This document shows, one piece after another, positions 40,908 through 50,783 of a DNA stretch of 64,000 nucleotides. Position 1 is the first letter of the stretch; the number at the start of each line of letters is the position of its first letter. A model generated the notes under the pieces. It searched no databases and had not been told where the DNA came from. It saw only the letters and a program-made list of their open reading frames with translations. The stretch is taken from positions 2,112,001 through 2,176,000 of the forward strand of contig OY970061.1 in the NCBI GenBank assembly GCA_963705255.1, in the 5' to 3' direction. The translations under genes were made by a program, and so were the position numbers. This stretch comes from an uncultured Methanoregulaceae archaeon (GTDB taxonomy: Archaea > Halobacteriota > Methanomicrobia > Methanomicrobiales > Methanospirillaceae).

Positions 40908-42095
40908 ATGATTCGCCAATTAACAAACCCAAGAGAGCTTAGAGGACTTGCGATCCTCAGCCAGCCCGAATCGATTATCCAGATAAACAAGAATGAATGG
41001 GATGTTCATTCCCAGTCGAAGAATGCGTATTACAGGGTATTACGTCTATACAAGGATCGCCATGCTATAATGAGAGGTCAAGCGGAGTGGAGATGTACAT
41101 GCCCAGATTATACAACCCGCAACGTCATATGTAAGCATATCCACGCAGTTCAGCTCTCATTAAAAATTGCTGGCGATGTTCATGAACAGAGTACTCCGGC
41201 GTCAATTGAAGAAGCCGAACCAAAGATTACATGCCCGTCCTGCAAGAGCGCGAACATCAAGAAGTGGGGGATCCGGAAAACAACGTTTGGAGAGAACCAG
41301 CGATACCGCTGCAACGATTGTGGACACCGGTTTATCGTTGATAAGGGATTTTGCCGGATGAAGAACAGCCCGAAAACAATCACTCTTACCCTTGATCTCT
41401 ACTTTAAGGGAGTGTCACAGAGAAAGATTGTTGATCACCTTAAGCAGTTTGAGAATGTCGATGTTACACAGCCCACTATCCTGAGCTGGATCAAGAAATA
41501 CCTGAAACTCCTCGGCAAATACTCCGAGAAATACAAGGCAGAAGTCGGCAACATCTGGCACAGCGATGAAACAACGGTTTTCATCAAAAAGGAGGGCGAA
41601 AAGAAGTACTACCAGTGGATCTGGAATATTATGGATGCCAAGACGCGCTACCTTCTTGCCTGTGAGGTCACTGAGCACCGGTACGTGAACGATGCACGCA
41701 AGCCACTCCGGAAGGCAAAGGAAGCCGCTAGCCGCGCTCCGGATGCGATTGTAACCGATGGGTTACAAGCGTACCGCGATGCGGTTAAGGCTGAGTACTG
41801 GGGATTAAGCGAGAATGTCCTTAACCCGCACATCAGACTGAAGGATTTTGAGACAAAACCAAATAACAACATCCTTGAACGCCTGAATGGAACCTTCCGA
41901 GAGAGGACCAAAGTTTTCAGGAGTCTTGACAGCTCAGTGGGCGCTGAGGAGTTCGCCGCCGGTATGCAGACTTATTATAATTATCTCAGGCCACATCAGG
42001 GAATTGGTGGAATGGTTCCGGCTCAGATGGCAAATATCCCAATCAATCTTCTCGGGAACCGGTGGGAAACAATGATCGGGTTGGCGGTAAAATAG
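40908..42095 (+). CDS. IS6/IS240-like DDE transposase with SWIM finger (diverged paralog of 35365..36549)
   Basis: CTCPD...CKH, CPSCKS...RCNDC, WHSDET / IVTDGL / NNILERLN. Confidence 0.92.
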   Translation: MIRQLTNPRELRGLAILSQPESIIQINKNEWDVHSQSKNAYYRVLRLYKDRHAIMRGQAEWRCTCPDYTTRNVICKHIHAVQLSLKIAGDVHEQSTPASIEEAEPKITCPSCKSANIKKWGIRKTTFGENQRYRCNDCGHRFIVDKGFCRMKNSPKTITLTLDLYFKGVSQRKIVDHLKQFENVDVTQPTILSWIKKYLKLLGKYSEKYKAEVGNIWHSDETTVFIKKEGEKKYYQWIWNIMDAKTRYLLACEVTEHRYVNDARKPLRKAKEAASRAPDAIVTDGLQAYRDAVKAEYWGLSENVLNPHIRLKDFETKPNNNILERLNGTFRERTKVFRSLDSSVGAEEFAAGMQTYYNYLRPHQGIGGMVPAQMANIPINLLGNRWETMIGLAVK

Positions 42096-42102
42096 ACCAT
42101 GT

Positions 42103-42915
42103 TTATTCTTTAATATCGGGAATGTCCACTTTGTCTTTTTTCCCGCGCATTATATCTTCAAATTTTCCAATATATTTTTCATAATCTCTAACCGCGTCCA
42201 TATGTTCGTGAATTTCCGAATCGTCAATGTTTGAGGCAACGAATTTCTTTCCCTCTTCGTTCCCTTTTATAGCAGCCATTTGGAGGGGTCTGTTAATCCC
42301 ACCCGGATTCAGTTCAATTGCATGTATAAGAGCCCAAGCAGTGACCAATTTTGCTTGAGCAAGAGTGGGAATAGTCTGTTTCCAAAATATCCTACGCATC
42401 AATCCTAAAAACGGATCAATTATTTGTTGACCGCTTCCTATAGAGGCGAAAAAAATTTTTTGGCGGTGAGGCATTTTAAGCTCTGGTTGAAATTTCATCT
42501 GATCAAATTCGCATAAATGTAAATCATCGCCGTGCGTATACGCTATTAAGGCTCCATAACCAAATCCAACAGTATTTCCGGGTTGATTATAAAATGGGTT
42601 TGTTGAATGGAAATTTTGGACCGTTTTTTGTGCTAGATTTCTCATTGCCTCTTCAGGGTGTTTTTCTTTGTAAAAACTATCTTTTGGAATTTGGGGCTCT
42701 TTGAGTTCTCCCAGTTCTTTGTAAATAATATTGCAAAAACGTTGACCTAATCCAATTTCACCTGTACCTGCAACGATAACCTTGTCTCCAATGATTTCGA
42801 TTTTTCTATGAGGTTGTTCTATAGTGCGAAAATACGGAGGTATACCAAAAGTTGCTGAACTATCTGTGCCAATAATAATTCCATCACTGCATATGATACC
42901 AATAACCGCTGTCAA
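42103..42915 (-). CDS. Proteasome beta-subunit-like Ntn hydrolase (cargo)
   Basis: N-terminal (M)TAVIGI...GTDS..T, K.EI, AGTG, SIGSG. Confidence 0.75.
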   Translation of the reverse strand: MTAVIGIICSDGIIIGTDSSATFGIPPYFRTIEQPHRKIEIIGDKVIVAGTGEIGLGQRFCNIIYKELGELKEPQIPKDSFYKEKHPEEAMRNLAQKTVQNFHSTNPFYNQPGNTVGFGYGALIAYTHGDDLHLCEFDQMKFQPELKMPHRQKIFFASIGSGQQIIDPFLGLMRRIFWKQTIPTLAQAKLVTAWALIHAIELNPGGINRPLQMAAIKGNEEGKKFVASNIDDSEIHEHMDAVRDYEKYIGKFEDIMRGKKDKVDIPDIKE

Positions 42916-42921
42916 AAAATA

Positions 42922-43344
42922 TTACCCTCGAAAAACACTATTTTCACGCATTTCTGGATATGCAGTATATATTGCACCAATTAGCTGAGCAAATGAAACG
43001 CTCCTCACCCATTCTGATAGACGGGTAAGGTAATCTTGATCGCTTTGGGATAATTTGTTAAGTTCAGCTTTTGCTCTTTGTACGCCATCTGGTGTTAACT
43101 TGTATAATCTACGTTTTGCGTAAGGTCCTCCTACGATTTCAACAGATCCCTCATCCGACAGTTCTTCTAATCTATGATAGATTTCAGGATCATACGGCCC
43201 GTAGTCATACGGGATAAAATTAAAGATCCCGCCTTTATTTGTTCGCTCTTGAAAAAGAAAGATCAATTTTTGGATCTGTACCGGTTGATAAGAGGCGCCA
43301 TTGGCCGCTGCCATACATGCAAGTACCAAGTCTTTCTGTTCCAT
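42922..43344 (-). CDS. SocA/YwgA-like winged-helix protein
   Basis: IQKLIFL, FIPYDYGPYDPEIY, YKLT..G, IYTAYPE. Confidence 0.7.
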   Translation of the reverse strand: MEQKDLVLACMAAANGASYQPVQIQKLIFLFQERTNKGGIFNFIPYDYGPYDPEIYHRLEELSDEGSVEIVGGPYAKRRLYKLTPDGVQRAKAELNKLSQSDQDYLTRLSEWVRSVSFAQLIGAIYTAYPEMRENSVFRG

Positions 43345-43577
43345 AATCAGAATCCCTTTCTCCTCGCGCTCGGGATACCGCGCCTTATTTAAATACGCTG
43401 ATAATCTAAAAACAATTCTTCTCTTGACGATCAAAGTATATAAGTCTTTTATTAAATTTAGAATTTTATAGTATATATTAAATGCAAAATTCCATTTAGG
43501 AGTGCTCACGCGCTTTACCCCCCGCGACTTATCACTTGCTTCCAAATTTATCAACCACCCTTTAACTTATCAGCACC

Positions 43578-43585
43578 ATTTTAGC
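43578..43585 (+). repeat. 8-bp target site duplication ATTTTAGC (copy 3, host junction)
   Basis: Followed by host sequence TAAGATTTATATAGAA. Confidence 0.88.
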
Positions 43586-43602
43586 TAAGATTTATATAGA
43601 AC
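43586..43602 (+). promoter_or_regulatory. Thermosome promoter TATA box
   Basis: TTTATATA at 43591-43598, about 40 bp before the ATG at 43639; RBS-like GGTGA before the start. Confidence 0.7.
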
Positions 43603-43638
43603 CACAAACCAATTTTAGTGCTAAAAGTGGTGATTTTT

Positions 43639-45304
43639 ATGTCACAGCAACTTGGAGGACAGCAGATACTTATTCTCAAGGAAGGCAGCACCCGTACCCG
43701 CGGCCGCGACGCCCAGGGTATGAACATCACCGCCGCAAAGGCAGTGGCAAGTGCAGTCAGGACCACGCTTGGTCCCAAGGGCATGGACAAGATGCTCGTC
43801 GACACAATCGGCGACGTAGTAATCACGAATGACGGTGTCACGATCCTCAAGGAAATGGACATCGAGCACCCGGCCGCAAAGATGATGGTCGAGGTAGCAA
43901 AGACCCAGGACGATGAAGTCGGCGACGGTACCACCACCGCGGTCGTCATCGCAGGGGAACTCTTAAAGAAGGCAGAGGACCTTCTCGAGCAGGACGTCCA
44001 CCCGACCATCATCGCAGCCGGCTACCGCCAGGCTGCCGAGAAGGCGCAGGCTCTCTTAAAAGACCTCGCCTTCGATGTCAAAGCAACGGACAAGGCCCTC
44101 TTAAGGAACATTGCAAGCACCGCGATGACCGGCAAGGGCGCGGAGGCATCCAAGGACAAACTCTGCGACCTCGTTGTCAGGGCAGTGACCATGGTCACTG
44201 ACGATGACGGCAAGGTCGACATTGAGAACATCAAGGTCGAGAAGAAGACCGGTGGCTCAATCGAGGACTCCGAGATTGTTGAGGGAGTGCTCATCGACAA
44301 GGAACGCGTCCACCCCTCGATGCCCAAGAAGGTTGTCAATGCAAAGATCCTTCTCCTGAACGCAGCAGTCGAGTTCAAGAAGACCGAAGTCGACGCCGAG
44401 ATCAACATCACCAGCCCCGACCAGCTGCAGGCATTCCTCGATGAGGAAGAGCGCATGGTCAAGGGTATCGTTGACAAGATCGTCAAGAGCGGCGCAAACG
44501 TCCTCTTCTGCCAGAAAGGTATCGACGATATCGCCCAGCATTACCTTGCCAAGGCAGGGCTCTTTGCAACCCGCCGCGTCAAAAAGAGCGACATGGAGAA
44601 ACTCGCCCGCGCAACCGGTGCAACCCTCGTCTCCTCGATCGACGCGATCAGCAAGGAAGAGCTCGGAAAGGCCGGACTTGTCGAGGAACGCAAGGTTGGC
44701 GGCGAAGAGATGACCTTTGTCGAGCAGTGCAAGAACCCGAAAGCAGTCTCGATCATTATCAAGGGCGGCACTGAGCACGTTGTCGACGAACTCGAGCGTG
44801 CCATCCATGATGCACTCCGCGTTGTCGGTGTCGTTGTCGAGGACAAAAAGGTTGTTGCCGGCGGCGGTGCAATCGAGACCGAACTCTCGCTCCGTCTCCG
44901 CGAGTACCGGCTCAACCGTTGGCGGCAGGGCACAGCTCGCCATCGAGGCCTTCGCATCAGCCCTCGAAGTCATCCCGCGCACCCTTGCAGAAAATGCAGG
45001 TCTCGACCCCATCGATATGCTCGTCGAGATCCGTGCAGCCCACGAGAAGGGCAAGAAATCCCACGGCCTCAACGTCTTCGAAGGCAAGGCAGTCGATATG
45101 AAGGCAGCCGGCGTTGTCGAGCCGCTCCGGGTCAAGACCCAGGCCATCTCTTCTGCGGCAGAAGCGGCGGTCATGATCCTGCGTATTGACGATGTCATCG
45201 CATCGTCCAAGTCCCCCTCACCCGGGCCCGAGGGAATGCCTCCGGGCGGCATGGGCGGTATGGGTGGAATGGGCGGCATGCCTCCGGGCATGGGCGACTA
45301 CTAA
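43639..45304 (+). CDS. ths: Thermosome (group II chaperonin) subunit, frameshift near 44905
   Basis: [33 protein letters not shown]; C-terminal GGM repeats in a second frame. Confidence 0.97.
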
Positions 45305-45479
45305 ACCCGATTTTTTACATTTTTTCCCGTTCTTTTTTCTGAATCCGGCTGTATTCAGGGTGTACCCGAACCGTTTCTTTCGAAAATTGTCTGCCGAATT
45401 GATCCTAATTCTGCCTGCCGGATTATCCACGAATACCTCTCCCGGCATACAAGAGAAAATAAAAAGAGTGATAGGTCTC

Positions 45480-46078
45480 CTGATCAGGAGGTTGTTGTGG
45501 GGGTCGGTGCAGCTGTGATGATGCTTCCTCCGACAAGTGACGCACCCTTCTGGATGATGATAGTACCCGGTTACATTGGGGTAGTAACCATCGACAAACT
45601 GATAGGTGCCTGGGGTCTCCCCGAAAGAAAAGCTGAACAATGCGCCGGGTACCATAGCTCCGGAATTGAAAATCCCTGTTGCCTTGACCGAGTGGACGAT
45701 GGTATCATCGTTTCTCCACGTAACCGAGGTTCCCGGAAGGACCATAAGTGTCGCCGGCGTGAACGTGTTGTTCGCGATATGGATGATCGTGACCGTGGTG
45801 GAGGGTGTCATGACCGCGGTCGGGGTCTGGGTCAGGGAGGGCAGTTCAGTCGGCGAAACCGGAGGAGTCGAGTTTGCCATTGTCGCATTCGCCATTATTT
45901 CTGTCGTAGGAACCGGCGTTGCAACAGTGGTTACAACCGTTGTTTCGACCGTGGGGGCAACTGTTGTGACTACCGTTGTCGGCGCTGTGGTCACCTGTGC
46001 AGGTTTTGCCTGCTGCGTGCATCCGCTGGCCGCAACAAGGACAATGAACAAAAGAACCAAGCCAATACAGTATTTCAT
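45480..46078 (-). CDS. Lipoprotein with Thr-rich linker and cupredoxin-like domain (3' end uncertain, frameshifted)
   Basis: ASGC lipobox, FTP..L....GT.VTW.N.D...HSV, PGTY.F. Confidence 0.7.
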
Positions 46079-46356
46079 GGACAGTAAATTGAATTCGCCC
46101 TCTAATTAAATTTACTCCCCAGACTTCGGGTGTTTTCCTCCAATTCCCGTGAACTGTGGCGTTGATGCAAAAATGTCGTATAATTTACGGCCGGACCGGT
46201 TTTGTTGTGCGGCCTATGCGGTTAACCGCTCTTGTACCGGTGGCGGGTCGGCATGACTGCACTCCAGGGGTGGTCCGGCAAAAGAAACTGGCAACAGGCA
46301 CACCCTGGCGTTCTTTCATGGATTTTCTGTTTCCCTGCATATCAGACAACAGATTA

Positions 46357-46749
46357 ATGAACACCGACGCATCAGTACCTCCCATGAGCGACCGGTTCAT
46401 CTTTACAAAATACCGCACAGACTGCTACCATTGTAAAGAGCTTGCCGACCAGATCATCAAGGCAGTGCCGTACCAGGCCCAGGTCGCGTGTAACAACTGC
46501 GGTGCAACGCGGGTTTTTGTCCCCCGCAGCGAAGATGTCGATGCGGCAGGGACGCTCACCCGGATCGGAAAGTATCCCGTATGGGAGCTGGTGCAGGACG
46601 CCACGTGCCGGAACTGTAAAATTACCGGCCCCCACGATGTGATCGTGAGTTCACGGCACCTCACCGTCCGCTGCCGGAACTGCCATTTCACGCACTTCTA
46701 CAAATTCGATCTCGAATATATAGCCAAGGATGAGCTGAAAGCACCGTGA
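46357..46749 (+). CDS. Hypothetical multi-CxxC zinc-binding protein
   Basis: Four CxxC pairs in two repeats. Confidence 0.7.
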   Translation: MNTDASVPPMSDRFIFTKYRTDCYHCKELADQIIKAVPYQAQVACNNCGATRVFVPRSEDVDAAGTLTRIGKYPVWELVQDATCRNCKITGPHDVIVSSRHLTVRCRNCHFTHFYKFDLEYIAKDELKAP

Positions 46750-46770
46750 CCAGGTCCACGTGACCGGTTG

Positions 46771-47493
46771 TCAGCAGGATCCCGATGAGCTCAGGACCGG
46801 ATAGGTATCTGCGTACAACTCGAGAACGGCTTCAAGCCGGCTTTTCAGCTTCTCATTTCTCGCGATAAGGAAGAATACGATTTCATTGTCCGTGATCGTC
46901 AGTGGGTCTGCACCTGCGATCTCTGCAAGCTGATTGCAGCGGTGCCGGACGTATCCGTCACGCTTCAGCCGGGGAAAGTGCTGGTAGATGACGAGGATCG
47001 AGTGATCGTCCATGCCTTTCGCGATCCTTTCCACTTCTTCGAAAAGCAGGTGTTTTTCCGTGGGCCTGCTCTCTTCCAGCCCGATATCCGGGTCAAGGAA
47101 TATCAGGGTTTTCTTGGGCAGGCGGGACAGTATCGTGTCGAAATACCGGCTGCGCCCCTGATGGGAGAACTGCTCTTTGTGGAGAATATCAACGAGAATA
47201 TTTTCCTTTTTGAAATAATCGTGGATTGTCTGGAAATATTCGAGATCGTTGTCGATCTCCTGCAACCGCTCCATGTGGGTTACAAGATCCCTGTTCTGGC
47301 TTCCCGCCCTGCCGAGTTTTGTCGCTTTTTTGAGATCCCGTACCGCGCTCTTCTTTCTGCCTGCCTGTAGCGGGGTATCGGTCAGCATCGGGATAAAAGT
47401 AAAACTGTCAAAGACCGGCATGGCTTTCATGATGTGGCGCACGAGGTCAAACTTAAAAAGATCCCGCGTGTCGCCAAAATAGGTACGGTTCAT
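46771..47493 (-). CDS. Hypothetical protein
   Basis: YFGD.RD..K.. and LIFLDPD.GL motifs (methyltransferase-like fold possible). Confidence 0.6.
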   Translation of the reverse strand: MNRTYFGDTRDLFKFDLVRHIMKAMPVFDSFTFIPMLTDTPLQAGRKKSAVRDLKKATKLGRAGSQNRDLVTHMERLQEIDNDLEYFQTIHDYFKKENILVDILHKEQFSHQGRSRYFDTILSRLPKKTLIFLDPDIGLEESRPTEKHLLFEEVERIAKGMDDHSILVIYQHFPRLKRDGYVRHRCNQLAEIAGADPLTITDNEIVFFLIARNEKLKSRLEAVLELYADTYPVLSSSGSC

Positions 47494-47658
47494 CAGATCA
47501 TCCTCATGCGGTGATATTCGGGTATTGAATAAAAATGTTATGAATTGGGTACCGGTTTTCCCTTCAGGATAAATACCGGCAATTTACTGCCGCAAACTTG
47601 AGTTTTATGCCGCACATTCCACCCGTTTTTGGCGGATGGAAAAAGGTGAATACGAACC

Positions 47659-47919
47659 CTACTTCTCTTCCCGTACCATGGTTATTGCCTTTTTCGGGCA
47701 CTCGTTTGCGCAGATACCGCAGCCCTTGCAGAAGTCCAGGTCAATGGCAAGCTCTTCATCGATGGCCGCATCCGGGCAGTACGTCTGGCAGAGCCCGCAT
47801 TCGTTGCACTTCTCCTTATCCACAACGGGACGGAATACCCTCCATGTCCCGGTCTTTCCGGCTGCGCCCACAACGGGCCTGCTCATGGCGAGGCGTTCGC
47901 GTTTTGTGTCGCTCGTCAT
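47659..47919 (-). CDS. porD: 2-oxoacid:ferredoxin oxidoreductase delta subunit
   Basis: TG.WR..RPVVD, two 4Fe-4S motifs (CKGCGICANECP). Confidence 0.9.
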   Translation of the reverse strand: MTSDTKRERLAMSRPVVGAAGKTGTWRVFRPVVDKEKCNECGLCQTYCPDAAIDEELAIDLDFCKGCGICANECPKKAITMVREEK

Positions 47920-48444
47920 GGATAAACCTCCTTATAGGCAGACTTCGGCTGCCTTGACATTGCGCTCATCGGTGAACATCTCCCTGATGGCCTTTATTGC
48001 CGATTCGGATGAGACGATCCCCATCCTGGCAAGAGCCCCTATCACCGGTGTGTTCAGGATCGGGCTTCCTGCCACGACAAGGTTCTCCTTCAGTGCAATC
48101 CCGGTCAGGTCGACATGGCCAGACGAAAAGCCCTTGAATTCCTTTGCATGGGCGCTGTTGATCAGCACCCTTCCGCCGGATTTGAGCCCCTGCAGGACAT
48201 CGACCACATCCATAACACTTGCGTCCAGCACGATTACCATGTCGGGTTTTTTGATCTGGCTGTAGACCCTGATCGGCTTGTCATCGATCCGGACGAACGA
48301 GACGATCGGCGCCCCCCTGCGCTCGGCACCGTAAAACGGTGCCGCGGTTGCATATTTCCCATCATGGATGGCCGCGAGCGCGAGGAGCCTGGCTGCAGTG
48401 ACGCCTCCCTGCCCGCCCCGCGAATGGATCCGGATCTCATACAT
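47916..48444 (-). CDS. porC: 2-oxoacid:ferredoxin oxidoreductase gamma subunit
   Basis: EIRIHSRGGQG.VTA, YGAERRGAP; small frameshift at the 3' end. Confidence 0.9.
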
Positions 48445-49549
48445 GGCTGTTCACCCCGAACCAGGACTCCGTACCCATGCGCCGTTTCCGCACGAACCCG
48501 GCAACGTCATCAAATGTGACTTCCTGCCCCCCGATACCGGCGATTACGCTGAATACATCTTTTTTGGTCTGGGCCACGATGGATGTCGCAAGAATGCCCC
48601 CGTGCCCGAAGGAATAGTCGCGGTCGATCACGATCACCTCTTTTCCGGCAAGGTCCAGTTTCGGGAACGGGCGGAGCCAGCGCAGGCGCATCGAACCGGC
48701 TTTTACGCCCTCGCTGCGGAGCTGGTCAACCGCGACTTCCGCCTCCTTCCCAAGCGTGCCCATGGCTACGACGACCACCTCAGCATCCCCACACCGGTAA
48801 TCCTCGGTGAACCCGTACTTCCGGCCGAACCGCCGTGCGAATTCCTTTTCAGTCTCTTCGATCACCTTCACCGAGTCCCGCATCGAGCGCTCCATATCCC
48901 AGCGGAACCTGAACTGCTGGTCCGGGCCGGTGAGTCCCCCGTACCCGGCCGGATTGTTCACATCTATGGCATGCGGCAGGTGCATCGGGGGAATGAAATC
49001 CCCGATATCCACCGTTTCAAGCGGCTGCATGATATGGGAGAGCAGGAACCCGTCGAGGTTTACCATCACCGGCAGGAGGACGTCGTTATGTTCTGCGATC
49101 CGGAATGCCATCAGGGCTGCGTCATAGGCTTCCTGCACGGTGCTGACATAGACCTGCAGCCAGCCGGTGTCCCGCTCCTGCATGGCGTCCGTGTGCTCCG
49201 CCCAGATGTTCCAGCCGGGCCCGAGCGAGCGGTTGACGTTGGCCATGACCACGGGAAGTCTCGCGCCGGCAGCCCAGTTGGTCATCTCATGCATGTAGAG
49301 GAGCCCGTGGGAGCTGGTTGCCGTAAAGGTGCGGACCCCGGTGATGCTCGCGCCGATACAGGCCGCCATGGCGGAATGCTCGCTCTCGACCGGAATGTAC
49401 CGGGCCTTCAGTTCTCCGCTGGACACGAACTCCGCGATCTGTTCCACGATCTCGGTCTGCGGGGTGATGGGGTAGGCTGCGATCACTTCGGGCTGTGCCT
49501 GCTTTACTGCTTCGGCCACCGCCTTGTTGCCGGTCGCGATCTTCTTCAT
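48437..49549 (-). CDS. porA: 2-oxoacid:ferredoxin oxidoreductase alpha subunit
   Basis: AAYPITPQT, VESEHSA, TATSS.GL, DGFLLSH. Confidence 0.93.
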   Translation of the reverse strand: MKKIATGNKAVAEAVKQAQPEVIAAYPITPQTEIVEQIAEFVSSGELKARYIPVESEHSAMAACIGASITGVRTFTATSSHGLLYMHEMTNWAAGARLPVVMANVNRSLGPGWNIWAEHTDAMQERDTGWLQVYVSTVQEAYDAALMAFRIAEHNDVLLPVMVNLDGFLLSHIMQPLETVDIGDFIPPMHLPHAIDVNNPAGYGGLTGPDQQFRFRWDMERSMRDSVKVIEETEKEFARRFGRKYGFTEDYRCGDAEVVVVAMGTLGKEAEVAVDQLRSEGVKAGSMRLRWLRPFPKLDLAGKEVIVIDRDYSFGHGGILATSIVAQTKKDVFSVIAGIGGQEVTFDDVAGFVRKRRMGTESWFGVNSHV

Positions 49550-50434
49550 GGTGCCGCCTCCTCTGCTGCGAGTTTCTGCAGGTTCCTGGTGAGCCGCTGC
49601 CGGAGAATCTCAACAGTCTTCGGATCGATCCCCTTGAACCTCCCCTGGGGTGCAAGATATTCCTCGAGAGGTACCGGTTTTTTTATTGCCGCTTTCGACT
49701 GTGGTCCGATGGTCAGCTTCCCGTACTCGCGCTCGTAGAGCACCCACATGCCCGATCTGACGGCAAGCTTGCCCATCTCGACGCTCTTTTCCGTGGAATA
49801 ACGCCAGCCGGGCGGGCACGGGGCAAGGACGTGGATGAATGTCGGGCCGCGGAAAGTAAGGGCTTTTGCGACCTTCTTGAACAGGTCCTGCGGGTAGGCA
49901 GCGCACGCGGTGGCCTGGTATGGAGGTTCATGGGCGGCGATGATCCTGTCGATGTCCTTCTTCACATCGGTTTTTCCGGTGGGTGTCGTCGTTGTTTTCG
50001 CACCGAGCGGCGTCGCGCTGGACCGCTGCATACCGGTATTGCCGTAGGCCTCGTTGTCATAACAGATGTAGAGGAAATCGGTACCCCGCTCAAAGGCGCC
50101 TGACATGGACTGGATGCCGATATCGAGCGTCCCCCCGTCGCCAGCGTACACGATTACGTTCGTCTTTTTTCCTGCCGCCCGGAACGCGTTGCTCATGCCG
50201 CTGGCGCATGCAGTCTGCCGCACCGAACGCGATGTTGTAGACCGGGATATTGAAGGCGGTATTCGGGTAGATTCCCTGGATGACACTTGTACAGCAGGCA
50301 GGCACGACCAGCACGGTGTCGGGCCCTGCCGCCTTGAGCACGTACCGCAGTGCGAGCGAATCGCTGCACCCGGCACAAGCCGAAGTACATTTCAGGATAT
50401 ATTCTTCTTTCGGGATTTCGGCGATAGTATCCAA
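49546..50434 (-). CDS. porB: 2-oxoacid:ferredoxin oxidoreductase beta subunit, frameshift near 50215
   Basis: ACAGC, TPP motif GDGG..DIG...YDNEAY.NTG.QRS..TP, PCPPGW. Confidence 0.9.
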
Positions 50435-50539
50435 CTCCTGCAGTGAATGAACGGGACTGGTGAAAGCGACAAGACGGTCGCGGTTCTATCATTATTTATC
50501 ATCATGATTCATGAAAAAAGTATCATAGTTGAGCTGGAG

Positions 50540-50748
50540 GGGCAGGGGACTTTGGACGGTGGCAATGTTCAGGTTTTTAGGAATGTCGAGAAAGAGCGAT
50601 TGAAGATTATTGAGATGCGGCAATGTGACGCGGAAAAGATGGGGATTTGTCGGAGTGCTCTAAAGTACATCAAGGATAGGATACGAAAAGGAAAAAGATT
50701 AATTTCAAAACACTGGCAGTGAGGCGATTGTTAGCGGTGATGAATTAA
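50540..50748 (+). pseudogene. Possible C-terminal HTH remnant of casposon-type family B DNA polymerase
   Basis: IIEMRQCDAEKMGICRSALKYIKDRIRKG, then (frameshift) NFKTLAVRRLL; resemblance is from memory only. Confidence 0.35.
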
Positions 50749-50783
50749 AAAAATATTTAATATTTTGTTAGCCTTCTTAATTT

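Larger units (their letters stand above)
38123..43577 (+). mobile_element. Element C: complete 5455-bp cargo IS6-like transposon
   Basis: Left end GGTTCTGATTAGTT, right end AACTTATCAGCACC, ATTTTAGC on both sides; central SWIM-DDE transposase. Confidence 0.88.

Noticed and set aside
45240-45295. GGC-ATG tandem repeats
   Set aside because: This is the normal GGM tail of the chaperonin.
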